A program made the position numbers and the translations under genes. A stretch of DNA of 64,000 nt from a virus (taxonomy: Duplodnaviria; Caudoviricetes). This document shows positions 40,691-49,873 of this stretch, in pieces. How positions within the stretch are numbered: the stretch's first letter is position 1; the number at the start of each line of letters is the position of its first letter. The notes under the pieces were generated by a model. The model ran no database searches. It saw only the letters and a program-made list of their open reading frames with translations, and was not told the DNA's origin. Location of the stretch: the IMG/VR virus record IMGVR_UViG_3300010367_000128, positions 605 through 64,604 of that record; one strand, written 5' to 3'.

Positions 40691-41096
40691 CGCCCACGGT
40701 GCCGCGATCCTCGACGAGTTCGTTAACCACCCGGCCGCCGTTCAAGGACACGGCCAGATCGCGCAGCAGCGGGTGGCCGATGACCAGTTCATTGATGCGC
40801 GGAATACCCAGGCCGAAGTCGGTATCCAGCTGGGCCAGCAGGCACAGCAGGTCACGCGACAGCTGCAACGCATGCAGCCACCCGTCCGGGTGATCCGGGG
40901 TGGTCACGTTGATGGTTTTCAGCCACGCCAGCGGCGAGCCGGTGTTGCCGTGGATCGGCGCCAGCAGGAGGACCGAGGACGGGAAATTCGGATCGGTGGG
41001 AGGCAGGCGCAGGCGTTCCTCCACCGAACCCATCCAATCATTCAAATGCTTACGGACTTGCTTCACCAGTTCGTCGTGCGAGGACGGGGCAGACAT
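40677..41096 (-). CDS. Hypothetical protein, first gene of leftward operon
   Basis: AGGAG RBS; overlaps the next gene. Confidence 0.65.
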   Translation of the reverse strand: MSAPSSHDELVKQVRKHLNDWMGSVEERLRLPPTDPNFPSSVLLLAPIHGNTGSPLAWLKTINVTTPDHPDGWLHALQLSRDLLCLLAQLDTDFGLGIPRINELVIGHPLLRDLAVSLNGGRVVNELVEDRGTVGDDHG

Positions 41097-41133
41097 TGGC
41101 AGGGCTCCTATGAAGTGAAGACGACGATATCAC

Positions 41134-41152
41134 GTCAACTTACGCGTTGACA
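41134..41152. promoter_or_regulatory. GTCAAC-N6-GTTGACA palindrome in divergent control region
   Basis: Back-to-back -35-like boxes; motif recurs at 45968 and 51273. Confidence 0.55.
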
Positions 41153-41243
41153 ACTACCCGTTCGCCATGCGAGCCTAAATATGCGTCGAAACCGACCAAC
41201 GGCAAAGATGCCGTTTACATGCGTACACAACGGAGTCACCACG

Positions 41244-41522
41244 ATGAAGTGGAAAGAGCAGAACAAAAAGCGGGTTCGCGTGATCCTCGACGCGATCACC
41301 GCGACCAGTAGCCAAGCAGAGCTGGCGAGGAGCTACAAGCTGTCCAGCCGCAGCGTGCTCCACCAGTGGTACCAGCGTGGCCAGATTCCGCTCAAGTACC
41401 ACGCCGAGGTGATCGCCGACGCAGCCCAGGTGGGCGTGACGGTGACGGCCGGCGAGTTGCACCCGGACGCCTTGCTGGTCGAGCGCAACAACGCGAACGC
41501 GGCAGGAGGGACCCACGCATGA
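41244..41522 (+). CDS. Cro-like HTH regulator (carph-isopro-like)
   Basis: QAELAR.......VLHQW..RGQIP.KY...VI..A...G..VT..EL; first gene of rightward operon. Confidence 0.75.
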   Translation: MKWKEQNKKRVRVILDAITATSSQAELARSYKLSSRSVLHQWYQRGQIPLKYHAEVIADAAQVGVTVTAGELHPDALLVERNNANAAGGTHA

Positions 41523-41959
41523 GCGAGAACGTGATCGACCTGGCCGTCCAGTTCCAGACCGACAAGGGCGCGCTCCTGGTCATGCGGCGCATCCGCGCGG
41601 TGGGCAATATCGCCGACGACCTCTCCACCGTGCTGGCCACGCTGCGTCACGACGAGCAGCGTTTCTTGACCGCGCTCCTGGTCTGGCGCATCGAGGGCGG
41701 CCAGGTGTTCCCGGCCAGCGACTTGTTGCAAAAGCTGCCGCTCCTGCACTCGATGTCCTGGAGCAATATCGTATCGGTGGCCGAAAGCCTAGCCGAGGCG
41801 GGCGTGATCGAGGTGGTACCGATCGAGCATGACAAGGAAGGCACCGCGACACGGGTCGGCTTTGTCTGGAAGGCGCTGGATGCGGCCATCGAAGCCGCCA
41901 TGCAGCACGCGGACACGCCGAAGATTGCAGGGTTGGATGGAACGCCGTTGCGCCGTTAG
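41519..41959 (+). CDS. Hypothetical protein, possible winged helix
   Basis: AGGAGG RBS; MSWSNIVSVAESLAEAGVIEV. Confidence 0.65.
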   Translation: MSENVIDLAVQFQTDKGALLVMRRIRAVGNIADDLSTVLATLRHDEQRFLTALLVWRIEGGQVFPASDLLQKLPLLHSMSWSNIVSVAESLAEAGVIEVVPIEHDKEGTATRVGFVWKALDAAIEAAMQHADTPKIAGLDGTPLRR

Positions 41960-41973
41960 GGCCGGAGGTAGTC

Positions 41974-42747
41974 ATGGCAGGGCCGTTTTATTACCGGCAC
42001 TACATCGGCGACTACGACACCGCAACGAAAGATTTCAACTTGCTCCAGCACGGCGTCTACCGCCGCTTGCTGGACGGGTATTTCTCGCTGGGTGGACTAC
42101 CGTCCGATGAAATGAAGCTGTTTCGGATCACGGGCGCGTTGACGCCCGACGAGCAGGCGGAGGTGCGTTACGTGGTCGCTCTCCAGTTCGAAGTGGAAGG
42201 CGATCGGCTGATCAACGAACGGTGCGACACGGAGCTGGCGCGCATCGCCAAGGAATCCAGTGTGCAGAGCGAAAAGGCACGCAAACGCTGGGGAACGAAG
42301 GCGGAAACCGCCGCCATCCATCCCCCGGCATCACCACCTGCACCACCAGCGGCACCTCCCGCTGCATCTTCCGGAGCGATGCCAGTCAAGAGTCAAGATT
42401 CAAAGCCAAAGAAAGAGCAAAAACAAAAGCAAAAAGACGACCTGCCCGATCCCGCCAGTTTCGAGTACCCGGCGTGGCTCCCGCTGGACACGTTCAGGAA
42501 ATATCTGCGCACCCGCAAGACCCCCGCGTCCTACCACGCCATCGAACTCCTGGTGAAAAAGCTGTTCGACCTCCGCGCCAAGGGCCAAGACCCGCAGCGG
42601 GTGATCGAGCAGTCCATCGCCAACGGCTGGACCGGGATTTTCGAGTTGAAGGACGCCGCGCTGAGCCGACAGAACCGTCGCGAAACGACGGAACGCAACA
42701 ACGAGTCCACCGCTGATCGGTGGGCCATGGAGGATTTGATCGGATGA
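41974..42747 (+). CDS. YdaU/DUF1376-family replication initiator
   Basis: YYRHYIGDY...T......HGVYRRLLD.Y, N.RCD.EL, KARKRW, repeat-rich linker, VIEQSIANGWTGIF. Confidence 0.88.
   Translation: MAGPFYYRHYIGDYDTATKDFNLLQHGVYRRLLDGYFSLGGLPSDEMKLFRITGALTPDEQAEVRYVVALQFEVEGDRLINERCDTELARIAKESSVQSEKARKRWGTKAETAAIHPPASPPAPPAAPPAASSGAMPVKSQDSKPKKEQKQKQKDDLPDPASFEYPAWLPLDTFRKYLRTRKTPASYHAIELLVKKLFDLRAKGQDPQRVIEQSIANGWTGIFELKDAALSRQNRRETTERNNESTADRWAMEDLIG
42320..42435. other. Probable replication origin inside the initiator gene
   Basis: [GT]GCA units at exact 12-bp spacing (42327, 42339, 42351, 42363) followed by an A-rich, strand-biased tract. Confidence 0.65.
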
Positions 42748-43145
42748 CCACCATCGAAGATATCGTGGGCCTGGTGTCCCGCCGCGCCGCCCAGGCCGAA
42801 GCCGACCGGCTGGAGAACGTGCGCAAGCTCACCGTGGCGGGGTTCAGCCACGAGGACATGTGCGAACTACAGCACGCCATGAACACGCTGGAATTGCTCC
42901 CCGCGCTCCAGCGCAACCTCGACCACCTGGCGGGCGTGCACGGCGTGGTGCCCGCCGCGCGCTTGAACCTGGCCGTGTGCGAGTTCGCCGAGAAAGCGCA
43001 CGGGCGCTTGTGGGAGGCGCAGGAGCGGAGCGGGGTGGCGTTGACCAGCGGGCACGACGCGCAGGCGATCCGCGACAACGTGATCGCCGCCCGGCGCAAC
43101 CTGATCGGCCTGGAGAACGTTCACCGGGAGCGCGCCGATGGCTAA
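42744..43145 (+). CDS. Hypothetical protein
   Basis: ATGA-coupled, GGAGG RBS. Confidence 0.65.
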   Translation: MTTIEDIVGLVSRRAAQAEADRLENVRKLTVAGFSHEDMCELQHAMNTLELLPALQRNLDHLAGVHGVVPAARLNLAVCEFAEKAHGRLWEAQERSGVALTSGHDAQAIRDNVIAARRNLIGLENVHRERADG

Positions 43146-43602
43146 GTTCGCCAGTGAAACCAGCGTGTCCAGCGAGAAAAGCCGGATGGAGATCGAGGCC
43201 ACGCTGCGCCGCTACGGCGCCGACCAGTTTGGCTACATGAGCGACGTAGGCCGGGCCATGGTCGCCTTCGTCGCGCACGGCCGCCGCATCCGCTTCACCA
43301 TCCCGTTGCCGCACCTCGACGACGAGGCGTTCAAGTGGACCCAGCACCGCTCCCGGGTGCGCCGCTCACCGGAGGCGCAGAAGAAGGCGCACGAGCAGGC
43401 GACGCGGCAGCGCTGGCGTGCGTTGGCCCTGGTCATCAAGGCCAAGCTGGAGGCCGTGGAGGCGGGGATATCGAGCTTTGAGGAGGAGTTTCTGGCCCAT
43501 ATCCTCCTGCCCGACGGCTGCACCATGGCCGACAAGGCGTTGCCGTACATCGCCGAGGCCTACGCCAGCGGCAAAACCACGCCCTTGCTGGGAAGGTTCT
43601 AG
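43138..43602 (+). CDS. Conserved phage hypothetical protein
   Basis: T.V..EKSR.EIE..L.RYGA..F...RQRWRAL.LVIKAKLEAVEAGI..FE.EFLA. Confidence 0.8.
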   Translation: MAKFASETSVSSEKSRMEIEATLRRYGADQFGYMSDVGRAMVAFVAHGRRIRFTIPLPHLDDEAFKWTQHRSRVRRSPEAQKKAHEQATRQRWRALALVIKAKLEAVEAGISSFEEEFLAHILLPDGCTMADKALPYIAEAYASGKTTPLLGRF

Positions 43603-43604
43603 CC

Positions 43605-44018
43605 ATGGGCACGCTCAACATTGGCCTGGTCGCCTACCACGCGGTGGGCAACCTGTGTTTCGTGAAGGTGCCCAGCGAGCGCGGGCGCTACCTGCTCACG
43701 GACCTATGCGTGATCGCGGTGGAATGCAAGGTCTGCGGGGCGATCGTCGGTGAGCCGTGCCGGTCCTACTACGGCTTGAGGTTTTGGGAGAAGCGGTACC
43801 CCGAAACCAGGCCGTCCGCGCATACCAGTGGCGTGCATGTCGATCGTAAGCATGCCGCCGACAGCAAGTATGGCCGGGGCTGGAAAAAGACCGTGCTGGC
43901 GCACTACAAGCTGCATCTGGCCGCCAGCGATATCGACGCGGCCATGGCGCACCTGCCCGATCCGGCGCCCGAGGAAGTGGTAACCGAGATCGATGTTCCC
44001 GTGACGAGGAAACCATGA
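43605..44018 (+). CDS. Zinc-finger-containing hypothetical protein
   Basis: VECKVCGA.VGEPC...H.DR. Confidence 0.65.
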   Translation: MGTLNIGLVAYHAVGNLCFVKVPSERGRYLLTDLCVIAVECKVCGAIVGEPCRSYYGLRFWEKRYPETRPSAHTSGVHVDRKHAADSKYGRGWKKTVLAHYKLHLAASDIDAAMAHLPDPAPEEVVTEIDVPVTRKP

Positions 44019-44194
44019 CCATCTTCCACACCCAGGAATACCCGGACGGACCGCACGGCAAGGCGTTGGTGACCAGCACCACCGACCGGCGCCAGGCGAT
44101 CCAGAACACCATTGACGCCATGGCGCGGGCCGAGCAACGCCTGCGTCAGGCCCGAGCGGAGGACAGTGGCGATGCAGACCCATCAGCGGCGTGA
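44015..44194 (+). CDS. Small hypothetical protein (59 aa, not in ORF track)
   Basis: GAGG RBS, ATGA overlap, MTIFHTQEY...DPSAA*. Confidence 0.55.
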   Translation: MTIFHTQEYPDGPHGKALVTSTTDRRQAIQNTIDAMARAEQRLRQARAEDSGDADPSAA

Positions 44195-44687
44195 GTTTTC
44201 GCGCTCCCTGGCGCAGTTGTTCGCCATCTACGGAGAGGAGATCACCGAGAACCTGCTAAGCGCCTGGTGGGCCATCCTGGAGCCCTACCGGCTCGACATG
44301 GTGCAGGCGGCCATGAATCTGCACGCCTCGGACATCGAGAAAGGCCGCTGGAAGCCGACCCCGGCCGACGTGCGCGGCCACCTGGAGAAGACCCTGCCGG
44401 CGATGGCCCACGCGCATTGTGGGCGCATCCTGGCCGCCGGGCGACAGCGCATGGCCGTTCACCGCGAGGTGATCGCCCGGTTGATCACCGACCGCCAGTT
44501 GAACCTGATTGCGGACGAGGAGTTGAGTGAGCGCATCGCGATCGAGCACGCCCACATGCACCGGATCGAGTCCGAACCGGCCTACCAGGCCGCCTTGCGC
44601 GGCATCCAGTTCCGCGACGACGAGGGCGCGGCGGAAAGCCACCTTCCGCTGGCCGTGCGTCGTTCGCTGAATCGCGACGATGGTTGA
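44172..44687 (+). CDS. Putative helicase loader/inhibitor-like protein
   Basis: F...L......YG..IT......WW..L..Y....V..A...H......GRW.PTPADV, typical downstream of initiators. Confidence 0.62.
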   Translation: MQTHQRREFSRSLAQLFAIYGEEITENLLSAWWAILEPYRLDMVQAAMNLHASDIEKGRWKPTPADVRGHLEKTLPAMAHAHCGRILAAGRQRMAVHREVIARLITDRQLNLIADEELSERIAIEHAHMHRIESEPAYQAALRGIQFRDDEGAAESHLPLAVRRSLNRDDG

Positions 44688-45084
44688 CGACAACATCATC
44701 GACCTGGACGCCGAGCGGCGCGAGCGCGAGCCGCCCGAACCGCCGTACATGCGGGCGGAATTCCGCGCCAACGCGCCGGTGCGCATGGTGGGCGTGCCGC
44801 GCGACGCGGCGGCGATGCGGGCCGCCGCCTACGACATGGTCAACGCGGCCATGGCGTTGCTGACCGAGAGCTGCCGCCTGGAGCCCGATGGCAACCACTT
44901 GCCGCGCATGGTGGCCATGCTGTTCCACTCGGCCCGCGTGCGCGTCGCCACCTACAACGGAACCGGCCCGAACGATGCCGAGTCCGCCGCCTCGCTCGAT
45001 TGGATGGCACGCTGCGTGCCGTACATCGGCCAGGTACTCACCCACCTGCGTGAGCAGGCCCGCAACGATGAGGGAAATACATGA
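44680..45084 (+). CDS. Hypothetical protein
   Basis: Coupled ORF. Confidence 0.6.
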   Translation: MVDDNIIDLDAERREREPPEPPYMRAEFRANAPVRMVGVPRDAAAMRAAAYDMVNAAMALLTESCRLEPDGNHLPRMVAMLFHSARVRVATYNGTGPNDAESAASLDWMARCVPYIGQVLTHLREQARNDEGNT

Positions 45085-45617
45085 CGACAGCCGTACCGAA
45101 ACGCCGCCCGCTGTTCCAGCGCCGCCGCCGCACCGCCATCGAACACGGCATCCAGGTCGGCCTATTCGACTGGCGGGCGATCGCGGTAGGCCAGCTGCCC
45201 GAGCTGGCGCTGCTGCACGCGGTGCCCAACGGGGCCGGGCTGAAACACACGGTCAAGCGCAAGGCCTGCGGGACAAAGGTGCGTTACAGCGCGGAGGGCG
45301 CGCGCTTGCGCCGTGAGGGCCTGACCGCCGGCATCCCGGACGTCGCCTGGCCGGTGCCGCGTGGGCCGTACCACGGCCTCTACATCGAGCATAAGTCCGA
45401 GGTGGGGCCGGTCTCGGACGAGCAAATCAAGATGATCCGCCTGTTGATCGCGCAGGGCTATTACGTGGCGGTCAGTCGGGGGAGCGCGGAGTCGATCGAA
45501 CTGGTGCGCGCCTACTGGAACCTTGGCGACTTTTCCGTGGGCGCCCCTTCGCCGCTCGCGGTGCCCGTGGTTCCCCATCCGCGAAGGAAGCGAACACCGA
45601 CTCCCACGCCTGCTTAG
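45081..45617 (+). CDS. VRR-NUC domain nuclease
   Basis: EH.IQ, LHAVPNG, G..AGIPD, GLYIE.K, S.EQ. Confidence 0.85.
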   Translation: MTTAVPKRRPLFQRRRRTAIEHGIQVGLFDWRAIAVGQLPELALLHAVPNGAGLKHTVKRKACGTKVRYSAEGARLRREGLTAGIPDVAWPVPRGPYHGLYIEHKSEVGPVSDEQIKMIRLLIAQGYYVAVSRGSAESIELVRAYWNLGDFSVGAPSPLAVPVVPHPRRKRTPTPTPA

Positions 45618-45933
45618 GATTCGCTGCGAGTACCTGGAGGCAATAGAACGCCGCATAGGGGGCCGATCGACCGTAGCCGATCGGCCCCGTTTCTTTGCGC
45701 AGGCTGACCACGCGGCGACGGCGCGGCGCGCACCAGTTGGTCAGCGTGTTGCGGGCGACGCCGATGGCGCGGGCGACGTGATCCATGGTGATCGCCCGGG
45801 TCCCCGGGGGTGCGCAGCGCATCACCATGCGCACCAGGGTGCGGATTTCGCCGGGCTCGATGGTGAAGGCTTCCGAGGCCGCGTTCGGGAGCAGGACGCT
45901 AACGACGCTGCCCATATTGGGGGTAGTGCTCAT
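45472..45933 (-). CDS. Aca1-like HTH regulator
   Basis: TMDHVARAIGVARNTLTNW HTH then GYGRSAPYAAFYCLQVLAANP, similar to the Aca1 C-terminus as I recall it (GYRPAPYTVQFALECLANDP). Confidence 0.6.
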   Translation of the reverse strand: MSTTPNMGSVVSVLLPNAASEAFTIEPGEIRTLVRMVMRCAPPGTRAITMDHVARAIGVARNTLTNWCAPRRRRVVSLRKETGPIGYGRSAPYAAFYCLQVLAANPKQAWESVFASFADGEPRAPRAAKGRPRKSRQGSSRRAPVRSTPRSPD

Positions 45934-45980
45934 GATTCGGATATCCGCGTAGCCAAGCCGTTTCCGCGTAAACAACAATG

Positions 45981-46009
45981 TTGACACGGCACAAAACGAG
46001 GATTAAGTT
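45981..46009 (+). promoter_or_regulatory. Sigma70 promoter of accessory operon 1
   Basis: TTGACA-17 nt-TAAGTT with A-rich upstream tract. Confidence 0.72.
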
Positions 46010-46036
46010 ACACCGACCTACCGACCGAGGCAAACC

Positions 46037-46468
46037 ATGGACTACGATGCCCGCTTGACCGCCGCGACTGCCGCCCTGTTGGGCTTCTCGCTGGCGGGCG
46101 CTCCCCTCCCCAAGTTCCCCGGCACCGGCCGCCTGGCGCCCGAGACGGCCAAGGCGATGGCCGAGGCGGCGCTTTTGGCCGCGCACCCTGTCCATGCGGG
46201 GCGCACCGACGAGCAGTACGCCATCGAGTTCGGTGGCTACCTGGCCACGGCCGCGACCAGCTACCTCGCCGCGCGTAATCGCCTCGACCTGGCGATCGAG
46301 GCGAACGAAATGGCCTACGAGGACGACGAGAGCGAAAGCGAAGCCCTCGATGAGCTGGAGGCGGCACGGGAAACCGTGAGCGAGGCCGATGACTGCTTGC
46401 GCAACGCGATTTACCAGTTTACCAAGCGGGCCGAACGCGCAGGCCTTGGCAAGGCGGTGGCCGAATGA
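46037..46468 (+). CDS. Acidic hypothetical protein
   Basis: GAGG RBS; EDDESESEALDELE patch. Confidence 0.72.
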   Translation: MDYDARLTAATAALLGFSLAGAPLPKFPGTGRLAPETAKAMAEAALLAAHPVHAGRTDEQYAIEFGGYLATAATSYLAARNRLDLAIEANEMAYEDDESESEALDELEAARETVSEADDCLRNAIYQFTKRAERAGLGKAVAE

Positions 46469-46722
46469 ACGCCGAGACGCAGAAGGTGGGCCTGATGAAT
46501 CTTCGTCGCCGCCACGAGGAATACATGATCGCGTGGCGTCAAAGTGGTAAGCCAACGCGCAATTACGAAACGCCTTGCTGCGGCAAGGAAATCGAAACAA
46601 CGGCCCCTTCGAACGACGAGACGTGGGACTCGCTCACAACGTGCCCATGGTGCGGCGATCTTCATATGAAGGTAGTCACGCGCCATGCCGTCCGCACCGC
46701 CCGCGTCGGGGGTGCGGCATGA
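46465..46722 (+). CDS. Small Zn-binding protein (paralogue of 55906-56166)
   Basis: TPCC...ETTAPSN..WDS...CP.CG. Confidence 0.72.
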   Translation: MNAETQKVGLMNLRRRHEEYMIAWRQSGKPTRNYETPCCGKEIETTAPSNDETWDSLTTCPWCGDLHMKVVTRHAVRTARVGGAA

Positions 46723-47012
46723 TCCTGGCCATCGTACTTGCCACCGGCACGGCCTTGTCGCCGGCATCGAAGATGGACGAGTTGGCTTGGTGCACAAGCG
46801 TGCGTCGGATGGCCGTGGCCACGGCCACCGCCAAGCTGAACGGCCTGACGGAAACCCAAGCGCACGGCATGGTCTTCACGATCGAGAACCCGTATGCACG
46901 CGCCTCGGCGCACGCGGTAATTTATATGGCCTACCACGGCAACGCCGACGATGGCGTGTCGCCCAAGGTCTTCGGCTCGATCGCCTTCCAAGCCTGCATG
47001 AGCGAGGAGTGA
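46719..47012 (+). CDS. Hypothetical protein with hydrophobic N-terminus
   Basis: MILAIVLATGTAL; ATGA coupling. Confidence 0.6.
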   Translation: MILAIVLATGTALSPASKMDELAWCTSVRRMAVATATAKLNGLTETQAHGMVFTIENPYARASAHAVIYMAYHGNADDGVSPKVFGSIAFQACMSEE

Positions 47013-47015
47013 CCC

Positions 47016-47231
47016 ATGCGCATTCAAACCGTCACCCGCGAGCATCGGAACGACTTCCAGGCCACCCTGGAATGCGAGCACTGCACCCATACGGGAACGC
47101 TGACCGGGGGCTACCACGACGCGTTCTACCACGGGCACGTCATTCCCTCGATTATCTGCGCCGGATGCGGAAAGAACCGCGCCGGTCACACCACCCCGCA
47201 CGCCGGGGTCAACGGGGTTGTCACGGTATGA
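47016..47231 (+). CDS. Small zinc-ribbon protein
   Basis: RNDF.A..ECEHC...GY.D..YH..VIP...C..CGK; GAGGAG RBS. Confidence 0.7.
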   Translation: MRIQTVTREHRNDFQATLECEHCTHTGTLTGGYHDAFYHGHVIPSIICAGCGKNRAGHTTPHAGVNGVVTV

Positions 47232-47599
47232 AAAACGAATCGAAAGAATGGTTGAAGGGCATCGCCGTGGGCGACACCGTAGTGGTTAGGCGACCCGGTG
47301 GTATTTCGAGACGGGCCAATTATTCCCTAGCCAAGGTGGATCGGCTGACGGCGACGCAAATCATCATCCGGAATGAATACGCCCGCGAGGAGCGCTTTCG
47401 TCGCAGCGATGGGTCGAAGATCAGCGATCGGTGGGGCACTGATTTGATGCCAATGACCGATAACGTGCGCAAAAATATGCATGAACAGCGGATCGAAAAT
47501 CGGTTCGCCACGCTGGTTGTGCATGGGAACAAAACCCTGTCGATTGCTGACCGGGAGGCCATGCTGGCCGCCTACGATGCGCTGCACACAGGAGAATAA
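47228..47599 (+). CDS. Small beta-barrel hypothetical protein
   Basis: VGD.V....KV.RLT.TQI.....RFRR.DG. Confidence 0.68.
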   Translation: MKNESKEWLKGIAVGDTVVVRRPGGISRRANYSLAKVDRLTATQIIIRNEYAREERFRRSDGSKISDRWGTDLMPMTDNVRKNMHEQRIENRFATLVVHGNKTLSIADREAMLAAYDALHTGE

Positions 47600-47602
47600 G
47601 GC

Positions 47603-48760
47603 ATGAGCACGATGACGCTGGAACAGGTGCGTGACGCACTACAAAGGTTGAGCAGGGGCCGCATGGATTATGTGGAGCTACGCCAGATGGCCGATGCTAT
47701 CGACGCCCACCTCACTTTGCGACTGGTTCAGCCTGCCGAGCAGCCGAGGGGCGAGCCGGTGGCTTATCGCTATGCCCTTGAGTCCGGCAAATGGACGGTG
47801 TTCATCAGCAAGGCGCGTGCGAGGTACTTGGCGGAACACGGCGCAGAGGCCGATCCCCTGTACTCCGCCCAGCCGAAGCCCGAGCAGGCGGTGGGCGATG
47901 GAGTGAAGCCGAGCGCGTGGCTCTATACGTGGCACGATCCGCTGCACGACGCAGAACTAACAGTTGCCGCCGACGCGTGCGAGGAACGCGCGAGGAAACG
48001 CGCGGCGGAAGTCGGTGCCGTCGTCGAACCTCTATACAAGCAGAGCCCGGCTGTCGCCACGGCTGGGGATGGGGATGGGGTGACGATCAAGCGCTACGAC
48101 GTCGAGTACATGCCGCGCATATTCGGTGACGGTGTGAAGCGGGACGGCGCGACGATGCGAGAGCACCCGCAAGGCGTGTACGTCACCTATTGCGATCACC
48201 TCGCCGCCCTCGCCTCTCGCCCCGTGGAAGCTGTCGCCACGGTTGCCGAGGTGACGGTCAAATCGATCATGGAGATTGTTGAGGGAGTAATTCGCGACCA
48301 CGGTGGGGAAGACCTTGACGATGAAGATGTCCGGCACAGTTTCGACGCGTGCTTACGCGAACGCCTAGAAGCCGCCCTCGCCCATCTCCGTCCCACGGGG
48401 GTGACGGACGATAGCCTTGACGCTGAAAACAACGACCTGTCTGCGGATAACTATCGGCTGCATTCGCGGATTGGTGAACTTGAGGCTGAGCTAGAACGTC
48501 TCACCGCCCTCGCCCAGCCGCGCCCTATGGGCGGGGTGCCGGATGTTGAAGCGATGACGCGGCGATTCCTGAGTTGGCGACTTCCCGACGCCTTCGCCCC
48601 GGATTGCGGCATCAGCTTCAAGCCGCTGACCAATCCCCCGGGGATGCAACCGCCGCTATGGCCGACGGGGACCAACCTGTTCGCCTACGAACAGGCCAAG
48701 GCGATGTTTGAGTACGTGCTCGCCGCCGCGCCGGAGGTGGGTCAGAACAATGAAAACTGA
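47603..48760 (+). CDS. Modular Ead/Ea22-like mosaic protein
   Basis: EPVAY..., PLY..P, AALA..P linkers repeated; AGGAG RBS. Confidence 0.7.
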   Translation: MSTMTLEQVRDALQRLSRGRMDYVELRQMADAIDAHLTLRLVQPAEQPRGEPVAYRYALESGKWTVFISKARARYLAEHGAEADPLYSAQPKPEQAVGDGVKPSAWLYTWHDPLHDAELTVAADACEERARKRAAEVGAVVEPLYKQSPAVATAGDGDGVTIKRYDVEYMPRIFGDGVKRDGATMREHPQGVYVTYCDHLAALASRPVEAVATVAEVTVKSIMEIVEGVIRDHGGEDLDDEDVRHSFDACLRERLEAALAHLRPTGVTDDSLDAENNDLSADNYRLHSRIGELEAELERLTALAQPRPMGGVPDVEAMTRRFLSWRLPDAFAPDCGISFKPLTNPPGMQPPLWPTGTNLFAYEQAKAMFEYVLAAAPEVGQNNEN

Positions 48761-48860
48761 CTGGATCGTGCTGACCATTCTGGCCCCCTTCGTGCTTATC
48801 GGCGTGGTGGGCTGGTGGGCCGGCTGGCTGATCGGAAAACTACCCTGGGGAGAATCGTGA
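48750..48860 (+). CDS. 36-aa single-TM peptide
   Basis: GGAGG RBS; MKTDWIVLTILAPFVLIGVVGWWAGWLIGKLPWGES*; TGATG coupling. Confidence 0.55.
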   Translation: MKTDWIVLTILAPFVLIGVVGWWAGWLIGKLPWGES

Positions 48861-49216
48861 TGGCCGACCGCAAGCTATCGCAGGTGGAACTCGACGCGGA
48901 GAACGCGGCGAAGGAACTGGCGACGATGCCGGATGCATGGTTCAAGGCTGGCGTGCAGCCGTTGCCGGTCATGCGCGCCATCGCCCTCCTGCGCCAGCTT
49001 GGGGCGCGGGTGGCGCGGGTGGAGAAAGACCTGGCCGCCGAGCGCCGCCAGCACCGGGAGACCGAGCAGCGCGTCGTGGACGTGCGCCGGGAGCGTGACA
49101 TCGCCCGCTCCGAGCGCGACGCACGCCTGTCGCTGGTCCGTGACACCGCTCCGATGGAGTACGGCGTCCGTGCCGGTACCGACCGGACTACCTCGGGAGA
49201 CATTGGCCAGCCATGA
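48860..49216 (+). CDS. Coiled-coil hypothetical protein
   Basis: GGAG RBS; coupled. Confidence 0.62.
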   Translation: MADRKLSQVELDAENAAKELATMPDAWFKAGVQPLPVMRAIALLRQLGARVARVEKDLAAERRQHRETEQRVVDVRRERDIARSERDARLSLVRDTAPMEYGVRAGTDRTTSGDIGQP

Positions 49217-49497
49217 ACGCACACCAACGCCGTACCTATCGCCGCCGCGTGAAGAAGGACCATCGTTTTTGGCCTTTGGGCACCACAGTCAGAGTTAAGC
49301 CGGGGCATCACAGTCCGGAAGCCGTTGGCGAAATCGGTCACGTCTTCAAGCATGGCTACCCGTGCAAGTCGGGCGTTAACTGCATCGTCGATTTCTTCTC
49401 GCCGATCTACGACACCACCTATGGCGGGTCCCGTTACGCCCACTACGTGGATTTCCAGCACCTTGAGGTGATCAACAAGCTGGCGGTGCGCGCATGA
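49213..49497 (+). CDS. Hypothetical protein
   Basis: ATGA-coupled; MNAHQRR start. Confidence 0.65.
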   Translation: MNAHQRRTYRRRVKKDHRFWPLGTTVRVKPGHHSPEAVGEIGHVFKHGYPCKSGVNCIVDFFSPIYDTTYGGSRYAHYVDFQHLEVINKLAVRA

Positions 49498-49868
49498 AAG
49501 CCCTCTCGATCCGACAGCCCTGGGCCTGGCTGATCACGCACGGGTACAAGCGTGTGGAGAACCGCTCCTGGCGTACCCCGTTCCGTGGTGAGTTTCTAAT
49601 ACACGCCGCCGGCAAGATGACCCAAAACGATTACTACCGAGCCTTTTCGCTCGCGTTTCGCCAGGGGATCATCGTGCCGCACGAGGATGCGCTGGGGTTC
49701 GGCGGCATCGTTGGCGTGGCCACCCTTGTCGACTGCCGGCCGGTCGACCCCCGGGGCGAGAAAGACCCGTTTTTCTTCGGTCCCTATGGCTTCATCCTCA
49801 CGGATGCCGAGCCCAGGGAATTCATTCCCTGCAAGGGAAAACTCGGCTTCTTCAACGTGGAGAGTTGA
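49494..49868 (+). CDS. ASCH domain protein
   Basis: MKALSIRQPWAWLI..G.K.VENRSW.T..RG..LIHA. Confidence 0.92.
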   Translation: MKALSIRQPWAWLITHGYKRVENRSWRTPFRGEFLIHAAGKMTQNDYYRAFSLAFRQGIIVPHEDALGFGGIVGVATLVDCRPVDPRGEKDPFFFGPYGFILTDAEPREFIPCKGKLGFFNVES

Positions 49869-49873
49869 TCGAC

